From NCBI GenBank assembly GCA_038207335.1, contig JBBQZX010000002.1:96001-160000 (forward strand): DNA of 64,000 nt. The letters run 5' to 3'. Origin of the DNA: Chthoniobacterales bacterium (GTDB lineage Bacteria; Verrucomicrobiota; Verrucomicrobiia; Chthoniobacterales; Chthoniobacteraceae). Each line of letters opens with the position of its first letter. Position 1 is the stretch's first letter. The position numbers and the translations under genes were made by a program. Below the pieces are notes generated by a model that was given only the letters and a program-made list of their open reading frames with translations, was not told the origin of the DNA and did not search any database. This document shows, in pieces, positions 40,701 through 49,479 of this stretch.

Positions 40701-41968
40701 CCAATTCCGGCAAGTTTGATATAAAAATTCTTATTCTCCCGTGCATCAGGATCAGAATTCCGCGTTCCGCCTTCGGTTGTGGGATAATCAAATGGGGTGA
40801 ACCCCGAGATCTGATAGAGAGCTTCTTTATACTCCTTATAACCTGGCGCCAAAGGGTAAGGACCGTTTCTGAGGTTGAGCTTCCACAGCCAACCCAGCGC
40901 AGGACTCAGGCAAGTCGTAGCGGGATGACCCGGGTAACGTTGAAACTCACCTCGCGTCGGCTGGGACGAAGCCAGATTCAAGAGGTCTGCCCGTGTTGGT
41001 TTCAAGTCACCAGAATTATCTTCAACGTACCCGCTTTCCTGCATCGTGCTCACACTTGGGGTATCCCAAAACGTGCCTTCGGATGCGGTGTTGATATTGA
41101 GCTTGCACGTTTCGTCATCAGTCCAAAATGCGGTTCGCCCGATCGCAGGATTCTTCGCCGTCGCAAGACTAATGTCCCCAACTGTCCCGTCTTGAAGTAC
41201 GTAGAGCCATTTAACAGGCATTGGAAGGTAGGGCACCGCTTCGCCCTTCCCAGATCCGCTCACATCGACCATTTTTAACTTAGGATCCGTGTTGATAGAA
41301 GCGTCGAAGCCTTCGACAATCCCCTTTTGGTCAGCCGCTTTTTCAAGGTCGTTGTATGCAGCGCGTGGATCCAACACTGGATAGTAGGGCTCGACTGTCT
41401 GCCCGGTCGCGTCAATGTCCTTGCGCGCACTCAACACCGGTTCGTTGATATCGACGAATGTCTTATCTTGTGTAGTGTCCCAATCTTCGATGATTTTAGT
41501 TTCTACCGGGAGGTCTGTGCCACTATAGTCTGAAGATGTGACTTTCATTCGGTCCGACGAATACAATTTATAGACAAAATCGTTTGACCCCGGATTGTAG
41601 GTGCGATAGGTAGCTCGATCCGGCAGCGACTTGCGGGTCGCCGAGAGGCTCCCAGAATACGTGCGAAGTGCACCAGGCTGAGAAGCCCATGTCATGTTCT
41701 CTACCACCGTTCCGTTGCGGTCTGTGGAACTCGTAGCGTCGCGGATTTGGCCGATCACCAAATTGACTGTGCTATCGGCGATTTGGCGTGCTCGGGCGCC
41801 GTTTGAGGCGGTTTGTGCTGCCGACCGCTCAGTAGTCGCAGATGTCATGAATGCAACCAGTATGCCAGATAGTAGCACGAGCATGGCGAGGACAATGATC
41901 AGCGCAACGCCAGCCTCGCGCGGTCGAACGCTGGGAAATGAATCAGTGAGTAAGCGGGAGGATTTCAT
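37745..41968 (-). CDS. vccA: Verru_Chthon cassette protein A
   Basis: PilX-like GVALIIVL; WASQPG, PMPVKWLYVLQDG, AFWTDDETCKLNINTASEG, EFQRYPGHPATT, FSPNRQ, TGDNMRERPY, RLTTKSN. Confidence 0.92.
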   Translation of the reverse strand: MKSSRLLTDSFPSVRPREAGVALIIVLAMLVLLSGILVAFMTSATTERSAAQTASNGARARQIADSTVNLVIGQIRDATSSTDRNGTVVENMTWASQPGALRTYSGSLSATRKSLPDRATYRTYNPGSNDFVYKLYSSDRMKVTSSDYSGTDLPVETKIIEDWDTTQDKTFVDINEPVLSARKDIDATGQTVEPYYPVLDPRAAYNDLEKAADQKGIVEGFDASINTDPKLKMVDVSGSGKGEAVPYLPMPVKWLYVLQDGTVGDISLATAKNPAIGRTAFWTDDETCKLNINTASEGTFWDTPSVSTMQESGYVEDNSGDLKPTRADLLNLASSQPTRGEFQRYPGHPATTCLSPALGWLWKLNLRNGPYPLAPGYKEYKEALYQISGFTPFDYPTTEGGTRNSDPDARENKNFYIKLAGIGANKAEAILDIRTKHLYATIDEMLFPADRNTGGSKPVTELNPEMTPAALEKLRFFLTANSRAPEVNLFGRPRITMWPIHPDAKAGQLSLRTHEDDLFAFTSTVYKDPNGNVGNDKPYYITRQDATSATADIAAGTATKDMWDFVHSFTGTAHPETPGFGSNFETKYHDDRDQIITEIFDYSRSVNLVDTGAPGRGGNKFSPYTPRFFKEGVSETNSTGGYSGRNARSVDWSGMVVPLKVNNTQGLGRFVTLSEAALIFHRSTDNDRVPPTNGGSGNAQVMQAVLSLEIATTMPGFPAIRPTYFTKVRAITPTFATVKNSNMPGFTSLRTDMQFNTTPEYNICNIAPHEVTYGRGFMPVQGSSSSMHYFAEHTKPSHPNDYFDAVGLSNPDLDPSRNQNFTVYIKTFEKGKNASYKRQSQGGDTVTRYPYVSAPVPIPTNSPGTYDLTVEGGSFEIEIWSGEAFDDPRATLVQTATVDFSTPFTVTGLPTGGDQSFNSQRSKRFDGSKDGKRDYILADDVVRSVEYVGQGVAAGGEGDLRIGAMKPILVASDFRKVENPAGGVLYSSTRRQIHNLTASHGDPMANGGYLGGGRLAAGATFRGAKPPILPAYVNGVKRSDGGPGDFDRGLSKHMDGAFGNKVDEGNLNFNYPDASVSGRAPYFRGRGIEETGQSFFSPNRQLPSVAMIGSLPTGALAHKPWQTLLLRPDRETGTSHPGSQGLPDHIWLDYFQVPVIEPYAISEPFSTGGKVNMNYVIAPFGYAKSKVSGGKTTNPNTTNPRSYLRRDTALRGVLRSTFVMAVPSNTPEGAHAEAPVKDAPTLTLRYPIDLDKTLQEMEFRLNDQGSQIPSRDTTLFRSASEICDIDLYPLGGVGGDWNAYWTKNSITGDNMRERPYTHIFPRLTTKSNVYTVHMRCQAIRKSSKTDAEAKVFDPKHDQVVSEYRGSATIERFIDPNDPALRDYDRESKKVDPYYRFRVVSTKHFSPH

Positions 41969-41973
41969 GGGGT

Positions 41974-43293
41974 TTATTTCGTTTTAGGGTCTCGGCTCCA
42001 CTTGGAGCCACGGAGCACTACATCTGTAGAAAATATGCGGTAATTGACGCCCTTCTTTTGCAACGCCTTTTCAAGTTCCTGAACGTCGTTTTGATACTCA
42101 TCCACCTTCTTCGCCACCTTGAACAATTGTGTGCCACCGATGTCTGTCAGAAGGTCAGGAACATTGGTCGCACTGGGGTTTAGACGGTCCATCGAGACAT
42201 CGTCCACAGCGACCATAGTCACCTGAACGATCGGAGGGAGGAGATTATCGCGGGCGGAGTTATCGATATATCTTCCTCGATCGTCTTTCGTTGCGCCTCC
42301 CTCCAGAACTCTCCACGAGTCAAATTGATAGTTTGGAGCGAGCTCTAGTACTGTTGGATCGTATTTGACGGGATCCGATTTGGGCACCGCTCGATCGCGT
42401 TCCGCCAGCTTCGGCAGAATGATCATAGCGACGATATTTTCGGCACGGACACTCGCGTAGCGGAACCGCTTTGACTTCGGAGTAATCCCCTTGATCGTAT
42501 CGCGCACGATCCCTTGCTTCATCCAAAGTGGCGGCAACCACTTATCATTGATCTCACGGTCTTTGTCCACAAGCCCAACGTAATATTCTGAATTGATGTT
42601 ATACGCCCGAGGCTCCCGCATGGTTTTTTCTTCGCGGAGCGTATTTGGGTTGGTGGTGTTGTTGGGTCGCTGGAAGATCGTGAGGGACTCCGTTGGCAAC
42701 GTCATTTCCATCAATCGGTAGCGATAGCGATTTGGATAGTTGAGGTCGTTAATAAATGTCGGACGGTCCGGGTCCGGACCATACTCAACAAAATATCCAC
42801 AGGCACACAGCGCGCTATCGATGCGTGCGAAACGCAGTACATCAGGCTTACTGGAGCTGACGGGTTCTTGAGTGAAACCTAAAGGAGCTTGAAAGAATAT
42901 ACAATCACCCGGATAAGATTTTTCTGTCGGTTGAATCAGGCTGTCGCTGACGGACGGCAGGGCGTCGAAGACTCTGGCAGTCGGAGCCGACATAAATTGC
43001 AAATCCGCTTGACGGCGAAATTTATAGGAGACATTCAACTTGGTGACGTCGCTGTCATACGCCCGCCAATAAGTGTTTAACGTCGCCTGGCTCAACCGTC
43101 GGGTCATTGATTCGAAAGCGTCTCGCGCGCCTTGGAACTGCGTTGTTTTTTGGTTCGTACGACGGACGACCCGCTGCGTCTGATCCACAGTGGTCAGCAA
43201 TAGCACCATGATCGTTCCGAGCAGAGCTGTCGAAACGAGAAGTTCAACAAGGGTAAATCCGAGGGAGCGTGTGTTTGTGTGTCTGGGGCTCAT
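41974..43293 (-). CDS. vccC: Verru_Chthon cassette protein C
   Basis: GFTLVELLVS prepilin motif; RRLSQATLNTYW, FFQAPLG, YRLME, LPPIVQVTMVAVD. Confidence 0.92.
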   Translation of the reverse strand: MSPRHTNTRSLGFTLVELLVSTALLGTIMVLLLTTVDQTQRVVRRTNQKTTQFQGARDAFESMTRRLSQATLNTYWRAYDSDVTKLNVSYKFRRQADLQFMSAPTARVFDALPSVSDSLIQPTEKSYPGDCIFFQAPLGFTQEPVSSSKPDVLRFARIDSALCACGYFVEYGPDPDRPTFINDLNYPNRYRYRLMEMTLPTESLTIFQRPNNTTNPNTLREEKTMREPRAYNINSEYYVGLVDKDREINDKWLPPLWMKQGIVRDTIKGITPKSKRFRYASVRAENIVAMIILPKLAERDRAVPKSDPVKYDPTVLELAPNYQFDSWRVLEGGATKDDRGRYIDNSARDNLLPPIVQVTMVAVDDVSMDRLNPSATNVPDLLTDIGGTQLFKVAKKVDEYQNDVQELEKALQKKGVNYRIFSTDVVLRGSKWSRDPKTK

Positions 43294-43312
43294 GGGAGAT
43301 AATTTGATGCGA

Positions 43313-43918
43313 TTAATTGCTGGCGATCGAGCTATCCATCTGAGCGACGACGATCGCCCGCGTATGAATCTCGCTGCCTTTGTCAGTCTTTTTCAAGTCT
43401 TCGGCGGTCTTGATTGAATCGAAGGTAGCCATTACTCCGGGCTTGAATGACGGAGCGAACAAAAGAACGACTCGATAGGCGCCGGGGAGTTGTTCCGCTT
43501 TTTCGCCGTCAGCACGCGGTCTTTCGGCATTGTCGATGATCAGCTTGACCGCGTATCGGCGCTCGGAAGTGACCTTGGCATCGCTGGAGCCGGCGTGGCT
43601 CGTGGAGACCCAGTCCGTCATCTTTCCCTGCTCGTCAAAGTAGTAAATAGTATCGCTTTTGTCCGAGCCGAGATCACGGACTTTCGACCAGTCGGTGACT
43701 TGGATCATCGAACTGATGTCCTGCATGATCCATGTTTCGTTGGAGGAGTCGATCGCGCCGCGGAAGGTGTTCAGGCCGGTCGGGAGCAGACCGAAAAGGG
43801 CGACGAAGGCGAATGCGATGATCCCGATCGCGAGGGTGATCTCGACAAGGCTGAAGCCGGACTCAGAATTCTGGCGGTACGAAAAGCGGTCGCCGAGCGG
43901 GGGGTGCGGGAAGTGCAT
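43313..43918 (-). CDS. vccB: Verru_Chthon cassette protein B
   Basis: GFSLVEITLAIGIIAFAFVALFGLLPTGL; YFDEQG. Confidence 0.9.
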   Translation of the reverse strand: MHFPHPPLGDRFSYRQNSESGFSLVEITLAIGIIAFAFVALFGLLPTGLNTFRGAIDSSNETWIMQDISSMIQVTDWSKVRDLGSDKSDTIYYFDEQGKMTDWVSTSHAGSSDAKVTSERRYAVKLIIDNAERPRADGEKAEQLPGAYRVVLLFAPSFKPGVMATFDSIKTAEDLKKTDKGSEIHTRAIVVAQMDSSIASN

Positions 43919-43924
43919 ACTTTG

Positions 43925-43953
43925 TATTTACATTGCCAATTTTTGAACGTCAA
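43925..43953 (-). promoter_or_regulatory. Putative promoter of the vcc operon, possibly leaderless
   Basis: TTGACG-N17-TAAATA-N6-ATG. Confidence 0.5.
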
Positions 43954-44036
43954 CGGTTTTGCCGAATTTTTTTCCCCCAAACTCGGTTTTTTCTCGATGA
44001 ACGTGGTCCGCCATCGGAATGGATGCGGCTCACCGA

Positions 44037-44885
44037 ATGAGTGACATTGTCATCCAAAAACACACCGCGTGGGATTTGAGGCTCGGAGATTGTCTCACAG
44101 GGATGTCCGCGCTGGCGGAGGAGTCGGTCGATGTTGTGGTGACTTCGCCGCCCTACAATCTGGACATCGCGTATGCCACGTTTCGAGACGATGCGCCGAG
44201 GGCGAATTATTTGGAATGGTGCGCGGCTTGGGCAGCGGAGTTGCGGCGCGTGTTGAAGCCGGGCGGATCTTTTTTTTTGAACGTGGGCGCTTCTCCGAAG
44301 AATCCGCTGCTCCCGCATGAACTCGTGATCCGGCTGCGCTCGATTTTTCAACTCCAAAATACGATCCACTGGATCAAGTCGATCACGGTGCAGCCAAGGC
44401 GCGCGGCGGAGATTTCGGTGGGCCATTTCAAGCCGATCAACTCGAAGCGTTTTCTCACGGACTGCCATGAGTATGTTTTTCACCTAACGAAAAATGGCGA
44501 CGTGCCGCTCGACCGACTCGCGGTGGGGGTCGAGTATGCGGACAAGAGCAACATAGCGCGATGGGGGCACACGAGGGGGCACGACCGGCGGTGCCGCGGG
44601 AATAATTGGTTCGTGCCGTATGAGACGATCGTGAGCCGGAAGTCGGAGCGTCCGCATCCGGCGACGTTCCCCGCGCGGCTGGCAGAGATGTGCGTGCGGC
44701 TGCATGGGGTGCGCAATGGGATGACCATGCTCGATCCGTTTCTCGGGATCGGGCACAGCGCGCTGGCGGCACGGACGTGCGGGGTGGCGCGGTTCATCGG
44801 GTTCGAGATCGACGCGGGATATTTGCAGGAGGTGCGCGCGCGGCTTGAACTTCCTGCGGCACCGCACGACGCTGCGCCGGAGTAA
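44037..44885 (+). CDS. Orphan beta-class amino DNA methyltransferase (probably m4C)
   Basis: VTSPPY (motif IV) precedes HPATFP and LDPFLGIG (motif I). Confidence 0.9.
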   Translation: MSDIVIQKHTAWDLRLGDCLTGMSALAEESVDVVVTSPPYNLDIAYATFRDDAPRANYLEWCAAWAAELRRVLKPGGSFFLNVGASPKNPLLPHELVIRLRSIFQLQNTIHWIKSITVQPRRAAEISVGHFKPINSKRFLTDCHEYVFHLTKNGDVPLDRLAVGVEYADKSNIARWGHTRGHDRRCRGNNWFVPYETIVSRKSERPHPATFPARLAEMCVRLHGVRNGMTMLDPFLGIGHSALAARTCGVARFIGFEIDAGYLQEVRARLELPAAPHDAAPE

Positions 44886-45836
44886 ATGCTCGCATTCATT
44901 TTCCGCCGCACTATCGGCATGGCTGTCGTGCTGCTGTGCGTCATCACGCTCACGTTCTTTCTCGTGCGGCTCGCGCCTGGCGGGCCGTTTTCGACGGAGC
45001 GGAAATTGCCCGAATCGGTGGAGAAGCAGTTGCTCGCGCGGTTCAATTTGGGCGGATCGAAGTGGGAGCAGTTCACGACGTATCTCGGCGTGCGCCTGAA
45101 CAATTCGGGGCAGTTCAGCGGGCTGCTGGAGGGGGATTTGCAACCGTCTTTGAAATATCGCGATCGGTCCGTGAATGGTCTCATCGCTGATTCGCTGCCA
45201 GTCTCGGCAGTGCTCGGCGGGAGCGCGTTTTTGCTCGCGACGCTCGTGGGCGTGTGGCTCGGAAGCGTGGCGGCCGTGAGGCAGCACACGGTGATCGACA
45301 CGGCGTCGATGCTCGCGGCGCTGGCGCTCATCAGCGTGCCGGCATTCGTCGCAGGGCCTGTGCTGGTGCTGGTCTTCGCGCTGTGGCTGCGCTGGCTGCC
45401 GGTCGGCGGCTGGGGCTCGCCGGCGAGTCTCGTGCTTCCGGCGTTCACGCTCGCTGGGCCTTACATCGCGTACATCGCGCGGCTTATGCGCTCGAGCATG
45501 CTGGAGGTTTTGCATCAGGATTTCGTCCGCACGGCGCGGGCGAAAGGGCTGCGCGAGACACGCGTGATCGCGAAGCATGTGTTGAAGGTCGCGCTGCTGC
45601 CGGTCGTGAGTTTTCTCGGGCCGCTCGCGGCAAATCTCCTCACGGGCTCGATCGTCGTGGAGACGATTTTCAACATCCCCGGCATGGGCGGGTTTTTCGT
45701 GAACTCGATCCTGAACCGCGACGTCTTCCTCCTCAGCGGCGTGGTCATCGTCTATTGCGCGCTACTCGTCGTGCTGAATCTCTTCGTCGATGTCGGCTAC
45801 ACGCTGCTCGACCGCCGCATCAAGCTCTATGACTGA
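44886..45836 (+). CDS. oppB: Oligopeptide ABC permease, OppB-like
   Basis: LAPGGPF, GDL.PS, TARAKGL, VETIFNIPGMG, NRD. Confidence 0.88.
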   Translation: MLAFIFRRTIGMAVVLLCVITLTFFLVRLAPGGPFSTERKLPESVEKQLLARFNLGGSKWEQFTTYLGVRLNNSGQFSGLLEGDLQPSLKYRDRSVNGLIADSLPVSAVLGGSAFLLATLVGVWLGSVAAVRQHTVIDTASMLAALALISVPAFVAGPVLVLVFALWLRWLPVGGWGSPASLVLPAFTLAGPYIAYIARLMRSSMLEVLHQDFVRTARAKGLRETRVIAKHVLKVALLPVVSFLGPLAANLLTGSIVVETIFNIPGMGGFFVNSILNRDVFLLSGVVIVYCALLVVLNLFVDVGYTLLDRRIKLYD

Positions 45837-46779
45837 CGCCGCGCCGCCGCCGCCCGGCGCATGGCAGCGCCTCCGCCGCAACCGCGTGGCGCTCCTCGCG
45901 ATGTCCCTGCTCGCGATCATCGTGGCCTTCGCGCTATTTGCGCCTGTCGTCTTTCACACCGATCCGCACTCGACCTCCGGCGCGCAATTTTCGCCGCCCT
46001 CCGTGCAGCATTTCTTCGGCACGGACCTGAATGGCCGCGACGTCTTTTCGCGCGTGATCGAAGGCGCGCGCATCTCCCTGCTCGTCGGCCTCAGCGGCGC
46101 GCTGGTGAGCTTTTTCATCGGTACGGCGTACGGCCTGGTCGCCGGATACGCGGGCGGCGCGGTCGATTCGCTGATGATGCGCTTCGTGGAAATCCTCTAC
46201 GCGATCCCGCGGCTCATCATCATCATCATCGCGTCATTCGTGCTCGACCCGATCGTGAAGGCGTGGCTCTCCGAACCCCATTTTCAAATCACGATCGCAT
46301 CGAACCACTACGCGCTGAATGTTGCCGCGCTCATCGGATATTCGAAAATCCTGATCCTCATCCTAGCGCTCGGCCTCATCGAGTGGCTCACGATGGCGCG
46401 CATTGTCCGCGGTCAGGTGCTCGCTTTGAAAAATCAGCAATTCGTGCTCGCGGCGCGCAGTCTGGGGCAGAGCCATTTCAAAATCATCACGCGGCACTTG
46501 CTGCCCAATCTGCTCGGCGTCGTCGTGGTGTACCTGACGCTCACGATCCCCGCAGTCATCCTCGACGAGTCGTTTTTGTCCTTCCTCGGCCTAGGCATCC
46601 AGGCGCCGCAAGCGAGCTGGGGCAGCCTCCTCGCCGACGGCGCGCAAGTCATCAATCCTATCAAAAGCTACTGGTGGCTGCTCGTCTTCCCCGCCGCCGC
46701 GATGTCGCTCACGCTCGTGTCGTTGAATTTCCTCGGAGACGGCCTCCGCGACGCGCTCGACCCGCGCCAGCGGCGGTGA
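45829..46779 (+). CDS. oppC: Oligopeptide ABC permease, OppC-like
   Basis: FGTDLNGRD, ARIVRGQ, HLLPN, ESFLSFLGLG, GDGLRDALDP. Confidence 0.88.
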   Translation: MTDAAPPPPGAWQRLRRNRVALLAMSLLAIIVAFALFAPVVFHTDPHSTSGAQFSPPSVQHFFGTDLNGRDVFSRVIEGARISLLVGLSGALVSFFIGTAYGLVAGYAGGAVDSLMMRFVEILYAIPRLIIIIIASFVLDPIVKAWLSEPHFQITIASNHYALNVAALIGYSKILILILALGLIEWLTMARIVRGQVLALKNQQFVLAARSLGQSHFKIITRHLLPNLLGVVVVYLTLTIPAVILDESFLSFLGLGIQAPQASWGSLLADGAQVINPIKSYWWLLVFPAAAMSLTLVSLNFLGDGLRDALDPRQRR

Positions 46780-46799
46780 TGCTGAGCGGCCAACGTGGA

Positions 46800-47144
46800 C
46801 TAAACGTCCGCTCCCAGCGCCCGCAACTTTCTCCGGCACTCCTCCGGGACGGAAAGAAAAGCCACCGTCGTCCGAAACATCCGCTTGTCCCCCACCCGCA
46901 CCATTTCGCACCTCGCCACCAATCCCTCCACCGCCGATCGCTCCTGCTCTCCACTGAACTCCGACTTCACACAAGCCACCGAAATCACCGACCCCTCCTC
47001 GAATTGCCAGCAGGAATGGAAACACATGCCGTGCTCGCTCACCTCGAGTTCTCCCGGTTCGCACACCTGCGAGTCCGCTCCGAAATCGAGGAACAAGACC
47101 GATGCCTGCCTGGTTCTGGGGATGTCGATCGCGCTCTGAATCAT
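46800..47144 (-). CDS. Small hypothetical protein, possibly PilZ-like beta-barrel
   Basis: EVSEHGM (D/NxSxxG-like), VEGLVARC; has its own promoter-like element. Confidence 0.5.
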   Translation of the reverse strand: MIQSAIDIPRTRQASVLFLDFGADSQVCEPGELEVSEHGMCFHSCWQFEEGSVISVACVKSEFSGEQERSAVEGLVARCEMVRVGDKRMFRTTVAFLSVPEECRRKLRALGADV

Positions 47145-47157
47145 ACCGGAGTGCGTA

Positions 47158-47185
47158 AGGCTAACACGCGAAGGCACCGTGTCAA
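47158..47185 (-). promoter_or_regulatory. Putative sigma70 promoter
   Basis: TTGACA-N16-TAGCCT with an extended TGn -10, 13 nt upstream of the ATG at 47144. Confidence 0.55.
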
Positions 47186-47232
47186 AAAAGCGGCTGCAAA
47201 TTTCCGGTCGAAGCGAAGCGGGCCTTCGCCGG

Positions 47233-47469
47233 CTACGGAGCTTCGATGGAACGCGGGCTCCGCTCCCAGATTTCACGCACCTCTTCCTGCGTCAGCAGTG
47301 GCGCACCTTTGACCATCCGGCAGAATTCTTTCTTGCTCACACGATGGTGCTCGCCTTCGCCCGTCAGCAGATTTCTGACCACCTTAAACTGCACCTCCAA
47401 GCGCTCGAGCTGCACGATGCGCAGGAAAGTCTCACCCTGCCGATATACCTGATTTTGAGCGAGCTTCAT
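47233..47469 (-). CDS. Small hypothetical protein
   Basis: MKLAQNQVYRQG...SKKEFCRMVKGA; protein-like composition and fills the intergenic gap. Confidence 0.6.
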   Translation of the reverse strand: MKLAQNQVYRQGETFLRIVQLERLEVQFKVVRNLLTGEGEHHRVSKKEFCRMVKGAPLLTQEEVREIWERSPRSIEAP

Positions 47470-47583
47470 GCCCCGATCGTGCGCGGAAAAGGGCACGCGG
47501 CGCGAGTGCGGAATCGTATCGAGAATTGAGGCTAGCTCGCGCGTGGGGCTGCTATTCGCCTAACGCGCGTCGGGGCGTTTTTT

Positions 47584-48675
47584 TTAGTGAATCGAAACCG
47601 GCACGCCTTTCGTGACTTTTCCCGCGACACGGACCACGTCCCAATTCGCGAGCCGGATGCAGCCGTGACTCTCGGAGCGACCGATCGAATCCGGGTCGCT
47701 CGTCCCGTGCAAACCGATACCCTTTTTATTCAGAGCGATCCACATCACGCCGACCGGATCGTTCGGACCGGGAGGCAGGATGTGAAAATTGTCGCTTCGC
47801 TCGCCGTGATTCAGCATCGCTTCATCCCAGCGAAAGTTCGGCATTTTGGCGATCGTGGTCACCTTCCAATCGCCGATCGGTGAGACGTTTTGATTCGACC
47901 CGATCGTCACCGGAAACGCGGCAATGAGTTTCTCTTTCTCGAAAATGCTGACCATGTTCGTCTTTGTGTCGATCCTCACCGAAATCGACGACGGCGCGGA
48001 CTTGTCATCCGATTTCGTGTCCTCTTTTTTCGATGAATCGGCACCGGATTTCTCGTCGCCGAGATCGTTCGCGGCGATGTCGCTACCGGGTTTCAAGTCC
48101 TTCACTTCTGCGAGTTCAAACGGCTCGACGTTCGGCACCTTTAGCTGATCGCCCGCCTTGATCTCCTTCGTTTTCCCCGGATTGATCTCGGCGAGGAAAT
48201 CGATGTCACAGTGAAATTTTTCGGCGATGGCCTCGGCCGCACTTTGATAGGGGAGCGACTTCAGCTTTGCTTTCGCAGGCACGGAATCCGGCACCTCGCC
48301 GACGTTCTTCAAATCCGCATCCGTGACGGTATAGCTGATGAACACAGGGTTCACGCTGGCGAGATCAAGCCCCGCGGTGTCTGGCGTCGGCTGCTTCGGC
48401 GCGCCCTTGGTTTGCTCTTTTTTCCTAGACTCCGACGTCGCGGAAGGCGCGGGCTTCTCGCCGCGCGATTCACGATAAAGCGCGAGAGCTTTGCGCGTGA
48501 ATTCGCCACTGCGTCCGTCGATTTTTCCGGGTCCAAACTCCGCGCGATCGAGGAAAACCTGAAGTCGAGTGCCGGCCTCGATTTGTGCGTTTGTCAGTGG
48601 CTTCGCCTCTGCGGCGTTGAGCGATGCCGCTGAGATGAGAGCCGCGAAGAGAGCGAGTGGAGCGATGGAGTTCAC
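47584..48675 (-). CDS. L,D-transpeptidase (YkuD) with a peptidoglycan-binding-like N-terminus
   Basis: LQVFLDR..FGPGKIDG; PGPNDPVG, GLHGT, SHGCIRL. Confidence 0.92.
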   Translation of the reverse strand: MNSIAPLALFAALISAASLNAAEAKPLTNAQIEAGTRLQVFLDRAEFGPGKIDGRSGEFTRKALALYRESRGEKPAPSATSESRKKEQTKGAPKQPTPDTAGLDLASVNPVFISYTVTDADLKNVGEVPDSVPAKAKLKSLPYQSAAEAIAEKFHCDIDFLAEINPGKTKEIKAGDQLKVPNVEPFELAEVKDLKPGSDIAANDLGDEKSGADSSKKEDTKSDDKSAPSSISVRIDTKTNMVSIFEKEKLIAAFPVTIGSNQNVSPIGDWKVTTIAKMPNFRWDEAMLNHGERSDNFHILPPGPNDPVGVMWIALNKKGIGLHGTSDPDSIGRSESHGCIRLANWDVVRVAGKVTKGVPVSIH

Positions 48676-48711
48676 CCTCTTCTATCGGCCAATCGCAAAT
48701 TGGTGGCTGTG

Positions 48712-49440
48712 CTATCGGCGCGAGATGTGGACCTCGGGGCGGTAGGTTACGCGGACGAGCAACTCTCCTCGCCCGCCTCGGGGCTTCGGCATTCCCTCGT
48801 TTGGAATTCGCAGGATTTCGCCGCGCCCAACGCCCGCCGGAATGCTGATGCGCAATGGCGCGCCGGTCGGGCCAGAGAGCATTTCCGATGCACCTTTTGC
48901 CGCGCGGCGCGCGTCGATTCTCAGATCGCAGCGCAGGTCTGAGCCGCGCACTTTGAATCGAAAGCCCGGCAACGCGCGCAGCCTCACGACGACGAATCCA
49001 TCTTCGAATGGCGCGGTGCGCGGAATGCGGAAACGCGCGCCAGGCGCTGTGCCGGCGGGCACTGCGAGCTGATACTGCTCCGCTCCGTTTGGGTTCGCCG
49101 GATCGTTCACACGGATCTCGAGCGAAGCGCCGCGAATGAAATCCTCGATGCGAAGATGCGCGTCCTTCGCGATGTTTTTTTCCAGCTTCGCTGCGCGCTT
49201 CGGCTCGCGCGGGATATCGGCGGCAGCGAGTTCGCGATCATATGCGCGCCGCCGGGCAGGGTCGCTCAGTGTCTCGTGCGCCGCGTTGAGTTCGCGCGTG
49301 CGCCGGGCTGCGTCCGAGTCTGGATTGACGTCGGGATGATGGCGTTTCGCCAAGATGCGAAACGCGCTGCGAATCTGCGCAGCGGTGCATCGTCGGTCGA
49401 GGCCGAGCGTCGCGTAATGATCCGTTTCCAGCGATTCCAC
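48712..49440 (-). CDS. Short DnaJ-domain protein (J plus DnaJ_C)
   Basis: [34 protein letters not shown]. Confidence 0.85.
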   Translation of the reverse strand: MESLETDHYATLGLDRRCTAAQIRSAFRILAKRHHPDVNPDSDAARRTRELNAAHETLSDPARRRAYDRELAAADIPREPKRAAKLEKNIAKDAHLRIEDFIRGASLEIRVNDPANPNGAEQYQLAVPAGTAPGARFRIPRTAPFEDGFVVVRLRALPGFRFKVRGSDLRCDLRIDARRAAKGASEMLSGPTGAPLRISIPAGVGRGEILRIPNEGMPKPRGGRGELLVRVTYRPEVHISRR

Positions 49441-49479
49441 CCTGCAACGCTACATCGCCCTCTGCGCACCGAAATGAAT

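Noticed and set aside
37745..44885. Prophage or integrative island
   Set aside because: No integrase, tRNA, att repeats or phage genes; only lower GC
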